A stretch of 64,000 bases of DNA from Escherichia coli (GCA_031701365.1 GCA_031701365.1_4118.1); one strand, 5' to 3'; positions 1 to 9,758 are shown, counted from the stretch's first letter. The notes: a model not told the origin generated them from the sequence alone. Numbers and translations: made by a program.

Positions 1-2
1 AG

Positions 3-245
3 AAGCATAAATGGGAAGTTGTTAAATCTCCTTCATTTTGTGCTGGATATGCTAAAGTAAAGATTGAGCAGCACAAAAAACAGTACTATAAAGATATGTA
101 TTCCTTCTATGACTCCAGAATTTCTGACACAGATATGATGGCAGGGAAGGTTGATAAAGAAGAATTTCTACAAGGCTATGATATGATGGACGATGACAAA
201 ATCATGGAATGCGTTGAAGTGTATGAAAAATACAGAGGCTTCTGA
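3..245 (+). CDS. hypothetical protein, 3' fragment (gene starts upstream of window)
   Basis: open frame from window edge to TGA 243-245; stop overlaps next start (TGATG). Confidence 0.45.
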   Translation, partial: KHKWEVVKSPSFCAGYAKVKIEQHKKQYYKDMYSFYDSRISDTDMMAGKVDKEEFLQGYDMMDDDKIMECVEVYEKYRGF

Positions 246-721
246 TGTTAACAATAGTGTTGTTGGTTAGTCCATTTGTGTATTTTGTGCTGTATAATAT
301 TTTTAGTAATGCTAATCATTTTAAATATGCACAAACAATTGCAAAACATGAAGGATTTTGGAATTTTTTCCCAGCGTTACTATGCTCATATCTATACCAT
401 GAACGCTATTTCATTTTTCCTGAATATAAAAATTATGGTTATGATTCTAAAGTAAATGGTATAATTGAGTACTGTATAAGAAATTATATTAATAATAATG
501 ATAACGTCCAAGTAAGAATAGGAAATGGTAATATATCAAGAATAGTTTTCATACCTGATATACAAGACCCAATATACTTATATCCATATGATTATAGTAT
601 TAGTGTAGGTTGTTCGATACATGGTAGTAAATCTATGTACGATTATTTTATCTTACCACCAACACAAATTAGATTAATAGAAAAATATTTGAGGGAAAAG
701 TTTGACAACAAAGATTCTTAG
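245..721 (+). CDS. hypothetical protein
   Basis: 158-aa ORF, start coupled to upstream stop. Confidence 0.55.
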   Translation: MLTIVLLVSPFVYFVLYNIFSNANHFKYAQTIAKHEGFWNFFPALLCSYLYHERYFIFPEYKNYGYDSKVNGIIEYCIRNYINNNDNVQVRIGNGNISRIVFIPDIQDPIYLYPYDYSISVGCSIHGSKSMYDYFILPPTQIRLIEKYLREKFDNKDS

Positions 722-762
722 TATTATAATTAACACACCAAGTAACCCAAGGGGGATGGAAA

Positions 763-1221
763 ATGGATGTATTAGCTACAAATTTCAAACGTAATGTTGA
801 AGAGCGTGAAGGTTATTTTAGTATTAGTGAAGTTGTCGATGACAATTTCAAACAATACATTTTTAATAGTGCAATTAAATTAAAATGCACAAAGGATTCA
901 CCTGATCGTAGCTTTACTAAATGGATTGCATATTGGGAGGATTCACCAGTTGCAATTGAAATGACTGTGATTACAACAGTACTTGAAACTGGTTACATCA
1001 AAGCCATTATAGTTGATAAGAAAGTCCGTACTCTTGATGAAATTAATCCATATCCAGCCCGAAATTCTAAAGTTTTTGGTGTGTTGGTTGATGGTAAATT
1101 TATGATAGAAAAAGATGCAAAGGAATATGTAATTAATAAACTTCAAACTACATCAGAAAAAAAGGAAGTAGTGGACCAAAACTCTGTTGATGCAATCAAA
1201 AAAGCATGGGGACTAAAGTAA
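763..1221 (+). CDS. hypothetical protein
   Basis: 152-aa ORF with strong RBS AAGGGGGA upstream of ATG. Confidence 0.7.
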   Translation: MDVLATNFKRNVEEREGYFSISEVVDDNFKQYIFNSAIKLKCTKDSPDRSFTKWIAYWEDSPVAIEMTVITTVLETGYIKAIIVDKKVRTLDEINPYPARNSKVFGVLVDGKFMIEKDAKEYVINKLQTTSEKKEVVDQNSVDAIKKAWGLK

Positions 1222-1222
1222 T

Positions 1223-1645
1223 ATGTTCACACTAAGTAATGCAAAATATCTTTTTCTTATTAGTATTATTGGTTGGGTTATGGCTCCAGTGCTAAATGCA
1301 CTGGGGTTTTCCGATGAACATAAACTTTTAAATGTTTCAGGTTTAATTCAGGGTATTTCATGGTATACATTAATTACATTTTCAGTGTGCATCAATACAT
1401 TTGCCCGTGATTATCGACGTTTGTTATATCTGAAAGTATTTGGAACTACACGATATAGTTTTGTTTACACTTTCATTTTAGTACCGTGTATGTTATATGC
1501 ATTTGTATTTGATTACTATACATATCTATGGGTATGTGGAACTATGTTTGTTATGTTGGAATACATCAGAACTGTTCAAAACTCATATGCCGATGAGTTT
1601 CATGATCTAGAAGTTAAACGAAAATTAACGGAGCTAAACAAATGA
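1223..1645 (+). CDS. small membrane protein
   Basis: 140-aa ORF, several hydrophobic helices, starts 2 nt after previous stop. Confidence 0.6.
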   Translation: MFTLSNAKYLFLISIIGWVMAPVLNALGFSDEHKLLNVSGLIQGISWYTLITFSVCINTFARDYRRLLYLKVFGTTRYSFVYTFILVPCMLYAFVFDYYTYLWVCGTMFVMLEYIRTVQNSYADEFHDLEVKRKLTELNK

Positions 1646-2067
1646 GAGGCTATAATAAGATTTGTATTTTTGTATTTTTAGTTTGTGCATTCAATTCGTT
1701 TGGTTACTACTGTACAGAAAATAATATTTCATATGGTTTAAATCCTTTGTGGTTTACAATTTCCAATGTAGCACAAATTGGTATTGCTCTTATGTCTGCA
1801 CTTATGTTCTGTCCAATTGTCACTATGGATACTGATCATGAAAGGCTTGGATTTCTCCGTGATACTGGAGACGAACCTTACAGTAGATTGATTGTGTTGT
1901 ATCCATTTATTGTTATTTTAGGTACTAACATCCAACTTGGGTCATTATCTAATAGTGTTACATCAGCAGCTATTGCTATATTTGCATTCACATTTTTTAT
2001 GGTACACAAATCAGTACTTAATTGGTATATCACAAAAATGGCAGAAGAAGGTACTAAAAATACTTGA
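1642..2067 (+). CDS. small membrane protein
   Basis: 141-aa hydrophobic ORF, ATGA overlap with previous gene. Confidence 0.6.
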   Translation: MRGYNKICIFVFLVCAFNSFGYYCTENNISYGLNPLWFTISNVAQIGIALMSALMFCPIVTMDTDHERLGFLRDTGDEPYSRLIVLYPFIVILGTNIQLGSLSNSVTSAAIAIFAFTFFMVHKSVLNWYITKMAEEGTKNT

Positions 2068-2092
2068 CATAATTTAGTATGTTATATATAAT
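2064..2092 (+). promoter_or_regulatory. sigma70-type promoter (TTGACA-17-TATAAT)
   Basis: TTGACA 2064-2069, 17-nt spacer, TATAAT 2087-2092. Confidence 0.6.
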
Positions 2093-2126
2093 TATTTTGT
2101 TAAAAACAAATTAGAGTAAGGAACTT

Positions 2127-2378
2127 ATGAACATCGATAAGGTCAAAGAACTTAGTGCTGCACTAATTAAGAATGAAGAAGTTTGTGAAGAACTTCGCAG
2201 TACTATCAAAGTTGAGTACGCACGACTCCAAGGTATGCTTCAAGAATCAGAATGGGTAGTAACTAAATCTATCGAAGCAATCTATAAGGATATCGAATCC
2301 CTTTTCAACAAGAAAAGTAAGATTGAATCTGATTCATATAACAAACGTAAAGAGTTATCTACTGCACTTGGTATCTAA
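2127..2378 (+). CDS. hypothetical protein
   Basis: 83-aa ORF, RBS GTAAGGAA, promoter upstream. Confidence 0.65.
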   Translation: MNIDKVKELSAALIKNEEVCEELRSTIKVEYARLQGMLQESEWVVTKSIEAIYKDIESLFNKKSKIESDSYNKRKELSTALGI

Positions 2379-2384
2379 AAGTAT

Positions 2385-2413
2385 TTGACATAACAAATAA
2401 TATGGAGTACAAT
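2385..2413 (+). promoter_or_regulatory. sigma70-type promoter (TTGACA-17-TACAAT)
   Basis: hexamers read directly. Confidence 0.55.
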
Positions 2414-2452
2414 GTGCTCCTAATTTAATTATCAGCTAAAAAGGAAAACATT

Positions 2453-2713
2453 ATGAAATCTATTCTCGTTGCAGTTAACCTGGTTGCTTCCCCATCTTTC
2501 AACTTCAAACAAGTTGTTGCTGATAATCTGAAGAAGATCTGTCCAAACGCTGAATTGACTTTCTGTGTGTTTGATTCAGAAAAAGTAACTAAAGTTGATC
2601 TAAACTATCTTTTGAACGAAGTACAAAGCGTTTCTGGTGAAAGTAACTTAAAAGTTATTCATGAGATTGCAGAAGATTATGATGACACTCTAGTAATTTC
2701 GGAGAAATTCTAA
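2453..2713 (+). CDS. hypothetical protein
   Basis: 86-aa ORF, RBS AAAGGAAA. Confidence 0.65.
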   Translation: MKSILVAVNLVASPSFNFKQVVADNLKKICPNAELTFCVFDSEKVTKVDLNYLLNEVQSVSGESNLKVIHEIAEDYDDTLVISEKF

Positions 2714-2718
2714 ATCAA

Positions 2719-3138
2719 ATGATTACATTCATTCAGTACTTAATCATTAAATTTTTTGGCTATTATACGATTGAGGGCAAAGCTACGCTTGCACATAAAA
2801 TCTTTGTAGCATTATGTACGGGTGATTATGACGTATTGAATAAGTACTGTAAATCTAAAGAATGTATTGATATAATGGCACTTCGTATCTATGAGTGCCG
2901 ATCCAATAGATACAATTTTTACCAGTACAGATTTGATAAAGAAGAATTTGATAGCATCAAAATGCTAAAGAATTTATGTAACAATAAAAAGAATATGCAT
3001 ATATCAGAATTTGTTGCTTTGTATTTTTATTTAAAAAGTTCATTGTATATGAACACGATGCAAAGATTCGATACTAGAATTAATGTATTCACCGATAAAG
3101 AATTTTATATATACGATAAATTCTTAGATAAGGTTTAA
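2719..3138 (+). CDS. hypothetical protein
   Basis: 139-aa ORF. Confidence 0.55.
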   Translation: MITFIQYLIIKFFGYYTIEGKATLAHKIFVALCTGDYDVLNKYCKSKECIDIMALRIYECRSNRYNFYQYRFDKEEFDSIKMLKNLCNNKKNMHISEFVALYFYLKSSLYMNTMQRFDTRINVFTDKEFYIYDKFLDKV

Positions 3139-3139
3139 T

Positions 3140-3637
3140 ATGACAACTGTTTATATTGATAAACGATTAAATTTATTGATTACCGATTCTAGAGTTACGT
3201 CAACTATACCACGAAACTTATTTGGTTTTTTCCCACTAAGACCAAAATATCAATATGGAGTTGTTAATCAAAAAACTTTATATGTACATGACCGTTTATT
3301 CAGTGCTAGTGGGTCAGTAAGTGAAATTGATAAAGTACTGGATTGGTTAATTAATAAAGTACCAGTTATACCTGACAGAAAGTTAAGTTGCCATTGTGTG
3401 CTTCTTTCTAAAGATTATGTTATTCATATGATTTTAACTAAAGGAAAGTTTATTAAAAAACTTGAATATCTACATGAAGACTACACTTTCTTTATGGGAA
3501 GTGGTGGAGAATACATGCTAGATGCTGCTATTCATGAAGAACATACAACTTTATATGATAAAGTGTTTAGTACTTTCATGGATGTGCATAACCATGATTG
3601 CTTCACAGATGATAATATTAATGTATATCGATTTTGA
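3140..3637 (+). CDS. hypothetical protein
   Basis: 165-aa ORF, starts 2 nt after previous stop. Confidence 0.6.
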   Translation: MTTVYIDKRLNLLITDSRVTSTIPRNLFGFFPLRPKYQYGVVNQKTLYVHDRLFSASGSVSEIDKVLDWLINKVPVIPDRKLSCHCVLLSKDYVIHMILTKGKFIKKLEYLHEDYTFFMGSGGEYMLDAAIHEEHTTLYDKVFSTFMDVHNHDCFTDDNINVYRF

Positions 3638-3658
3638 TTTCGTCATTAGGAGATGTAA

Positions 3659-4624
3659 GTGAAAAAGCTTGATTTAAATACAATTGCCGAAGAAGTTCTG
3701 GATGAATGTTTTGCTAATGAAGAAGTCAACACACTAGAAGCCTTAGATTTCGTTGAAGATAAAGATGAAAATGAAGGTAAAGTACAAAGCAGTTTCAAAT
3801 ATAATATTACACTTAAGCGACCACCAAATGTTTCCAATGAAGATCTAATTCGTGATATTCAAGCTGGTATCAATGTAAAGAAAAACACTGAACTGTTAGT
3901 TCGTTACAATTATGGACTTATTATTGATGTAGCAAGTAAATGTACTTGTTATATCCCATTTGAAGATAAGATTTCATATGGTGTTGAGGGGTTCATGAGA
4001 GCACTAAAAACCTTTGATCTTAATAAGAATGTTAAGTTCATTACCTATGCTTCTTCTAGTATTTACATGACAGTTTATAACGAAAGTTCTGACGCTAACT
4101 ATATGGTACACTTCCCACGTTATATGAGTGTTCATAAGATCAAAGTAAAAAGATTCTGTCAGGAATATATGCGTAAACATGGTGTTCGCCCAACTCCTGA
4201 AATAATCTCAGAGGGTACTGGGATTGAGATTCAGCATGTTAATAACTGTTTGTTATTTCAAAGCGAATACACTTCTCTGGATGCACCATTAGACGGTGTT
4301 ACCGATGGTACACTAGGTGACATTATTCATTCACCTGCTTCTGATTTTAACCTCAATGTTGATAGTATCCGTGCACCTTTACGTTATGCTATCAATGAAC
4401 TGACCAACGAATTGAGTACTAAAGAACGTGAGATTATCCAGCGTGTTCATGGTCTAGGTGAATATGAACCTGAAACGCTTCGTGAGATTGCTGATAATGG
4501 TTTTGTTGATGATAATGGAAAATATGTTAAATCCCGTTCATCAATACACCGAAAGTACAGTGAAGCTATGCAAAAGCTTAAGAAGCTAGTACTTGCAAAA
4601 GGGTACGAATACGAAGATTTCTAA
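3659..4624 (+). CDS. sigma-70 family RNA polymerase sigma factor (regions 2, 3 and 4 recognisable)
   Basis: 321 aa. GVEGFMRALKTFDLNKNVKFITYASSSI resembles region 2, VHFPRYMSVHKIKV...HGVRPTPEIISE resembles the IRIPVHM...GREPTPEE region 2.4/3, and C-terminal LSTKEREIIQRVHGL...TLREIADNGF...SRSSIHRKYSEAMQKLK is a region-4 HTH. RBS AGGAGA. Confidence 0.75.
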   Translation: MKKLDLNTIAEEVLDECFANEEVNTLEALDFVEDKDENEGKVQSSFKYNITLKRPPNVSNEDLIRDIQAGINVKKNTELLVRYNYGLIIDVASKCTCYIPFEDKISYGVEGFMRALKTFDLNKNVKFITYASSSIYMTVYNESSDANYMVHFPRYMSVHKIKVKRFCQEYMRKHGVRPTPEIISEGTGIEIQHVNNCLLFQSEYTSLDAPLDGVTDGTLGDIIHSPASDFNLNVDSIRAPLRYAINELTNELSTKEREIIQRVHGLGEYEPETLREIADNGFVDDNGKYVKSRSSIHRKYSEAMQKLKKLVLAKGYEYEDF

Positions 4625-4628
4625 AGAA

Positions 4629-4658
4629 AAAAGGTTGGCTTATGCCAACCTTTTTTTA
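4629..4658 (+). terminator. intrinsic terminator
   Basis: hairpin AAGGTTGGC-TTAT-GCCAACCTT followed by T7 run directly after sigma-gene stop. Confidence 0.75.
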
Positions 4659-5180
4659 TGGGATGAAGTAAAAGTTTGTGATATAATTATCTTGTACAAT
4701 TCTGTTGGCATGATATTCATGTACCTGATCCACTCGAAAACGTAGAGGGCAGTTGAGCAGTCCGACAGTGCGAACAGCAAAAGAAACCCGTTAGATGTGG
4801 GCATAGTTTGAACCCCTCACGGCAATGCGGCTGTATAAAGAACCACGTTAGGATAGCTGGTGGTTCCTTGATAGACATATAAGGATAACACCTTACGAAT
4901 TATCTAAGGGAGAGTTATCGAATTTTGTACAGGAAAGTTGCGTCCAAAATTTGAGTACTCACATTAAGTATTTGATTGCATAGATACTTAATGAAGATAC
5001 ACTATGTTTAAAAGTGTAGACCGTCATATGAAACTGAAGTAGAGAGAAACAGGATGACCCGCTTTCGCACTCGTTATGAGTAATCTTCAATGCAATAGCT
5101 CTGATACCATCAGCGTCAAATTTCCCTCCTTGTGGGGGGAAGAAAAATCCCTTCCTCAAATCCCGTCAATATTAAAAGTC

Positions 5181-5209
5181 CTTGACAGTTATTAATCATT
5201 CGCGTAGAA
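5181..5209 (+). promoter_or_regulatory. sigma70-type promoter (TTGACA-17-TAGAAT)
   Basis: hexamers read directly; about 65 nt upstream of the 5275 ORF. Confidence 0.55.
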
Positions 5210-5274
5210 TACGTAGTATTAGAAGCGAACAGACATCTCGAAGAGATGGATGATTAACCATTAAGGAATATCCA

Positions 5275-5484
5275 ATGAATTCAGTAATCTTTTTAGTAGT
5301 CGCTTTCTCTGTTAATTCCGGTATACAAATAACCCCAATGAATTCCATGAATCAATGCATAGCAGTACGTGATAGTACATACGAACAAGTAAACAAAGAT
5401 ATTTGGATTACAGTTAATAAAGAACAAATGTGGTGTTACAATAGTAATACTAACACAAAGCTTATTGTAGGACAAACTCAATGA
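5275..5484 (+). CDS. hypothetical protein
   Basis: 69-aa ORF, RBS AAGGAA. Confidence 0.5.
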   Translation: MNSVIFLVVAFSVNSGIQITPMNSMNQCIAVRDSTYEQVNKDIWITVNKEQMWCYNSNTNTKLIVGQTQ

Positions 5485-5711
5485 GTTATGGTGTTCGTTT
5501 TGAGATTCGTTCTATTGTCATCGATGCAGAGAAACAAGTATCGTTAGATGGTGATATACGTGAAATTTATCTATCATGTATCCGTGCGAAATCTGAAGCA
5601 GATGCCTTAGTACAAATGTATAGTTTTAACTTTTCAAATGGATTCTATTTGGTACGAGTTGTTGAAGTTAAAAAAGTAATTCTTGGTTGTTGCATAGAAG
5701 GAATAATGTAA
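5481..5711 (+). CDS. hypothetical protein
   Basis: 76-aa ORF, ATGA overlap. Confidence 0.55.
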   Translation: MSYGVRFEIRSIVIDAEKQVSLDGDIREIYLSCIRAKSEADALVQMYSFNFSNGFYLVRVVEVKKVILGCCIEGIM

Positions 5712-6500
5712 ATGAGCACTATCGATGAACTGATTCAACGGAATTCAAAATATTACCAACCATCAGAAATTGTGGATAACATTACTAAATCTGAGTTTGG
5801 ACCGAACACACGCAAACTCATTCATGTAATGTCACGTGATGGCTTTAAATGTGATTGTTGTGGTGAATCAAATGTAGTATTCACTTTACACAAGCACAGT
5901 ACTAAAGAACGTTATAAATTCAGACCTTATGTACTTAAAGGGAAACGTCTTGTACGCATGACGTTAGACCATAACGTACTGGACTGTCTTCAGGGCGGTA
6001 ATGATAAAGAGAACATGACTGCATTGTGTGAAGATTGTAACGCATTACGTCAGCATAAGTTTGCTGAGTACAGTGAGTTTAAACACTGGTATCATAACGC
6101 GGATCGTTCAATCGAGCCTGACGTTAACTACTGCTTCATTGAGTACATTAAGAATGCAAAAGATACATACATTCTTAAATCAATGTCACCTATTACCGTG
6201 TTTCCTGAGAACCTATTCACTACATTAAAGAATAGTTTTATTGTAGGTGATATTGATGCATTCAAGTATTTTGACAAAGGTGCAAAACATTTTGAAATTC
6301 AATGTCTTAGTACTGCACTATGTGAACTCATTAAAATTTACATAAAAGAGTATTTGGGTATTGACAATGTACGTGTACCAGAGTATACTTTTTCTATTGA
6401 ATTCAATTGTGAATCAATCAAAGAGTTTGGAATTCTTTTCAATAAACAAATAGAACTTGCAATTCAAAACGAAATCAAGTACTATACTACTAACATTTAA
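5712..6500 (+). CDS. HNH-family endonuclease (putative free-standing homing endonuclease)
   Basis: 262 aa with CDCCGE zinc knuckle and LDHNVLDCLQGGNDKENMTALCEDCNALRQHK, matching the HNH signature DH..GG..N..LC..CN..K. Confidence 0.7.
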   Translation: MSTIDELIQRNSKYYQPSEIVDNITKSEFGPNTRKLIHVMSRDGFKCDCCGESNVVFTLHKHSTKERYKFRPYVLKGKRLVRMTLDHNVLDCLQGGNDKENMTALCEDCNALRQHKFAEYSEFKHWYHNADRSIEPDVNYCFIEYIKNAKDTYILKSMSPITVFPENLFTTLKNSFIVGDIDAFKYFDKGAKHFEIQCLSTALCELIKIYIKEYLGIDNVRVPEYTFSIEFNCESIKEFGILFNKQIELAIQNEIKYYTTNI

Positions 6501-6515
6501 TCAGAGGAAATTATC

Positions 6516-6698
6516 ATGCAAATCATCATTCTTATCGTTGGTATCATGTTGGGTGTTTATGGTCACTCATGGATGAACGAGAAGTTTCCTAATACGCGTC
6601 CTGAATATTGCAGTTCTAATGTATTCCAGAATGGTGAGAAACCAAAGGAAAGCATTGGTAAAAAGCTGGATAAAGTACTTGATGTGATCAATGAATAA
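6516..6698 (+). CDS. small membrane protein
   Basis: 60-aa ORF with N-terminal hydrophobic helix, RBS GAGGAAA. Confidence 0.5.
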   Translation: MQIIILIVGIMLGVYGHSWMNEKFPNTRPEYCSSNVFQNGEKPKESIGKKLDKVLDVINE

Positions 6699-6909
6699 GG
6701 GCCATAAAATGTTTAAACCGAATTCCAATGTTGGAAAGAAAGTTCAATTACTTGAGGATGTATCCACTCTGAGTGGGATTTTCCCAAGAGGTCACATCAT
6801 GACTATTATTGCCGAAACATCCCGTGGTTGGGACTTGGAAGATGCTGATGGTAATCGCATCCTTGAGGCTGGCTTCTATGGTCATCGTGAATATAAAATT
6901 ATCGATTAA
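6691..6909 (+). CDS. hypothetical protein
   Basis: 72-aa ORF overlapping previous stop. Confidence 0.55.
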   Translation: MNKGHKMFKPNSNVGKKVQLLEDVSTLSGIFPRGHIMTIIAETSRGWDLEDADGNRILEAGFYGHREYKIID

Positions 6910-7007
6910 GGATATAAAATGATGTTAGAGGCTATCGTTGGTATTGTTAGTTTTAGTCATCTGTGTTGCTTGCTTTGGGTATATGATGATTTTTGGTGAT
7001 TAATACT

Positions 7008-7035
7008 TGACAGAAGATATCAGTACTGTATAATG
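7008..7035 (+). promoter_or_regulatory. sigma70-type promoter with AGTACTG in spacer
   Basis: TTGACA 7008-7013, spacer ends CAGTACTG, TATAAT 7030-7035. Confidence 0.6.
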
Positions 7036-7064
7036 TTTATATCAAACGAAATCCACTTTAACAA

Positions 7065-7358
7065 ATGATAGGAAATATTATGTCTTTTTCTAAAGAAGAA
7101 CGTGACCTTATTAAAAAAGCAATCTGGTTTTATGCTAATGAAGGGAAGTGCGATGAAGAAAAAGCACGTGAACTGTGTAATATCTTTGAGAAGAAACAAG
7201 ATCTAAAAGTGTATCGTATCCGTGATTTGGATGAAGGGGATCGTATTGTCCTAGCTGAAACAAAAGAAGAAGCAGAACAAATCTTCACTGATAAAAACGA
7301 AAATCCACATTGGATGGAAGAAGTCTGTGATGTTAAAAAAGGTACTTATATCGATTGA
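7065..7358 (+). CDS. hypothetical protein
   Basis: 97-aa ORF, RBS TAGGAAA. Confidence 0.65.
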   Translation: MIGNIMSFSKEERDLIKKAIWFYANEGKCDEEKARELCNIFEKKQDLKVYRIRDLDEGDRIVLAETKEEAEQIFTDKNENPHWMEEVCDVKKGTYID

Positions 7359-7383
7359 CAGTACTGAATAATAGCAGTATAAT
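7355..7383 (+). promoter_or_regulatory. sigma70-type promoter with GTACTG in spacer
   Basis: TTGACAGTACTGAATAATAGCAGTATAAT. Confidence 0.6.
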
Positions 7384-7476
7384 GTTTATATCAAAGGGAA
7401 TGCAGTGAAAGGAAAGACAGCATAATCGTACTCGTCACTGCGTTTCCACCCTTTTAAATTAATTAAGGAATTAACT

Positions 7477-7785
7477 ATGTTTCAAACTAACACTCAAGGT
7501 TTTGTAATCATCGATTTGAATCAAAACAGCGGTTATTGGATGAAACCTACTGACGCATGTATGCAGTTTGATTTCTTAGGTTACAGAATTAGTGTAAGTA
7601 CTGGTGCTTCTGTACTGAGGGGTGGTTGTATCGTTGAACATCTGGTAACTGATCCAGAAGGTCGTGAGTATGAAATCGCAGGTTCAGTACAAGATGCCAT
7701 TATGTTTGTATGTCAGCGTGAAATGAATGGTTCGAACTCAAATGCACTGACTCATGCTCTTTCTCAAGAAGTGGAGGTTCGTTAA
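7477..7785 (+). CDS. hypothetical protein
   Basis: 102-aa ORF, RBS AAGGAA. Confidence 0.65.
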   Translation: MFQTNTQGFVIIDLNQNSGYWMKPTDACMQFDFLGYRISVSTGASVLRGGCIVEHLVTDPEGREYEIAGSVQDAIMFVCQREMNGSNSNALTHALSQEVEVR

Positions 7786-8036
7786 TGAAATACATTGTAG
7801 CAGTACTCGTCGCATTTTTACTCACTGCATGTGATGCTTCAACCAAAGAACGCACAAGTGATTTTGAACTCCCTACTGAATTAAAAGAAGCAGGATGTAA
7901 GATTTATCGTATGCAACAGGAAGGTGCTGGTGCAACGTTGTATACAGTTTATTGTCCTAATGCAAACACCAGTACTGGATACACTAGCGGAAAAACACGA
8001 ATCAACACTTCAGTGATTAATGGAGTACAACAATGA
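7785..8036 (+). CDS. putative lipoprotein
   Basis: 83 aa; signal peptide ending in lipobox LTAC. Confidence 0.6.
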   Translation: MKYIVAVLVAFLLTACDASTKERTSDFELPTELKEAGCKIYRMQQEGAGATLYTVYCPNANTSTGYTSGKTRINTSVINGVQQ

Positions 8037-8401
8037 GCCTTGATACAACCCGTGCAACAGATTTATTCACTCGTCTGAATGATGAAGAATATCTTGCTGA
8101 AATAAAGTACAAGCTTGAAAAACTGGCTCGAAGTGCTGAAGTAATTGAAGTTAAAGGTCATTTACCAATGGATCAATTCCATACGTTCAAAGAAGATATG
8201 GTTTATTATCCAAATGAAATTTGGATTGAGTGGGAACATTGGACTAACAAAACTCTACGCATTGAAGGTTATTGTGTGAATTATGAATCTGAACCTGGTG
8301 ATGTTACAAAAACTCTCTCCATTTGGTGTACAAAAACACATGAACTAGTTGAGGTGAATTTGAATTATATGAAAGGTTTCCGTTGGGGTGATATTCAATG
8401 A
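8033..8401 (+). CDS. hypothetical protein
   Basis: 122-aa ORF, ATGA overlap. Confidence 0.6.
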   Translation: MSLDTTRATDLFTRLNDEEYLAEIKYKLEKLARSAEVIEVKGHLPMDQFHTFKEDMVYYPNEIWIEWEHWTNKTLRIEGYCVNYESEPGDVTKTLSIWCTKTHELVEVNLNYMKGFRWGDIQ

Positions 8402-8673
8402 TTAAAAAACTATTGACAGTTGTCTTTGTATTCTGTACAATGTTTCTTACAGCATGTAATGATGACGGCAGGTTTAGTGCAAAAGACTTAGTTCGTCAGG
8501 ATTGTAAATTCACAGGCAAGTCTTTTATTAACGAGTATGAAATATGTACACAATCAGGTCGTATCTGTGGTGGTTGGGAAAAACGTCAGGAGCGATTGTA
8601 TGTATATGAATGCCCTGGACATCACAACAAAGTACTAAGCACACACAAACTTGTTTATGATAAGGTTGAATAA
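8398..8673 (+). CDS. putative lipoprotein
   Basis: 91 aa; signal peptide with lipobox LTAC; Cys-rich. Confidence 0.6.
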   Translation: MIKKLLTVVFVFCTMFLTACNDDGRFSAKDLVRQDCKFTGKSFINEYEICTQSGRICGGWEKRQERLYVYECPGHHNKVLSTHKLVYDKVE

Positions 8674-8888
8674 TGACTACCAATGAAATGATGCAGGTTA
8701 TTTGGGATAAAGGTTGTGATATTAAAATCACTAGTACTGATGTTCGTGTATTCAAAACTGAATATATGGAGTACTTGGATCTTGATACTTATAATAATAT
8801 TGTATCAATTGAACACAAAGGTGCAGTACTGGAAACGATTGATGTAGTACTCAAGAAAGCTACCGACCTATTAGGAGTGGCAGTGTGA
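8673..8888 (+). CDS. hypothetical protein
   Basis: 71-aa ORF, TAATG overlap. Confidence 0.55.
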   Translation: MTTNEMMQVIWDKGCDIKITSTDVRVFKTEYMEYLDLDTYNNIVSIEHKGAVLETIDVVLKKATDLLGVAV

Positions 8889-9039
8889 ATAACAAAGAGT
8901 GGGAAGATTACCGCAAGAAGTGCCGAGAGTTTGATAAAGAACTCACAGGTACAGTGAACGCGGTAATGTGGGTATCTGCAATTATTTCAGTACTTGGTTT
9001 GGGTGCTATTATTATTAATAAATTATTCTAAGGACTAAT

Positions 9040-9240
9040 ATGTTTACTTTATATCTTGCAGTAGTACTAACTAATGGTGAAATCACTCGCACCGTTGGTG
9101 AAGGTGTATATAAAACACCTGATCAGTGTTACTCTGCAACTCATTGGCCTCGTGATGCTGGTGATGAATCTCGCACTGAATACAAATGTATGAAGATTAA
9201 AGGTGACTTTGTAAATCTAAAGGTTATTGAGACTAAGTAA
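9040..9240 (+). CDS. hypothetical protein
   Basis: 66-aa ORF, RBS AAGGA. Confidence 0.55.
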   Translation: MFTLYLAVVLTNGEITRTVGEGVYKTPDQCYSATHWPRDAGDESRTEYKCMKIKGDFVNLKVIETK

Positions 9241-9758
9241 TGGATATTAATGAGTTGTTGAAATTAGTGTTTAATCGTGAACGCCGCGATACAAGACCAA
9301 TTGAATATCAAGATGTGATACGCATTGAAACTGATTTCTGTTATGGTAAAACAACTCATGATCTTTTGAATCTCTCTGGAAAACGATATGCTGATATTTG
9401 TTTTTCAGAGAGAAGTGATGGTTCAGAAATAACAAGTACTGATATTGTTTGTTACGCACGCAGTGCTGATAAATCTTATGAAATAGAACTTATATATTCC
9501 CCTAGTTCTAAAACAAATCATCACCGCCATATTTTATATGATGTTTACACACCACCTGGTATTGCTGAATATTTTGTTATTGATTATAGTACTGAAGAAA
9601 ATGTGTTTCAACAAAGTTTGATTCATAACTTTGAGGTGAATGATCCATTAGTACCAAAGTTGTTCAAACTACTTGACACCATCGATGTTGACTTTGAATT
9701 TGTTATGTGCATTAGAACTTCTTTATTCAATGAATTCATGGAACTTTTTAATATATGA
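9240..9758 (+). CDS. hypothetical protein
   Basis: 172-aa ORF, TAATG overlap. Confidence 0.6.
   Translation: MDINELLKLVFNRERRDTRPIEYQDVIRIETDFCYGKTTHDLLNLSGKRYADICFSERSDGSEITSTDIVCYARSADKSYEIELIYSPSSKTNHHRHILYDVYTPPGIAEYFVIDYSTEENVFQQSLIHNFEVNDPLVPKLFKLLDTIDVDFEFVMCIRTSLFNEFMELFNI

Noticed and set aside
7725-7740. tRNA T-arm-like GGTTCGAACTC motif (also at about 35410)
   Set aside because: Both lie inside well-supported coding regions and lack a flanking acceptor or anticodon stem arrangement; no tRNA is called.
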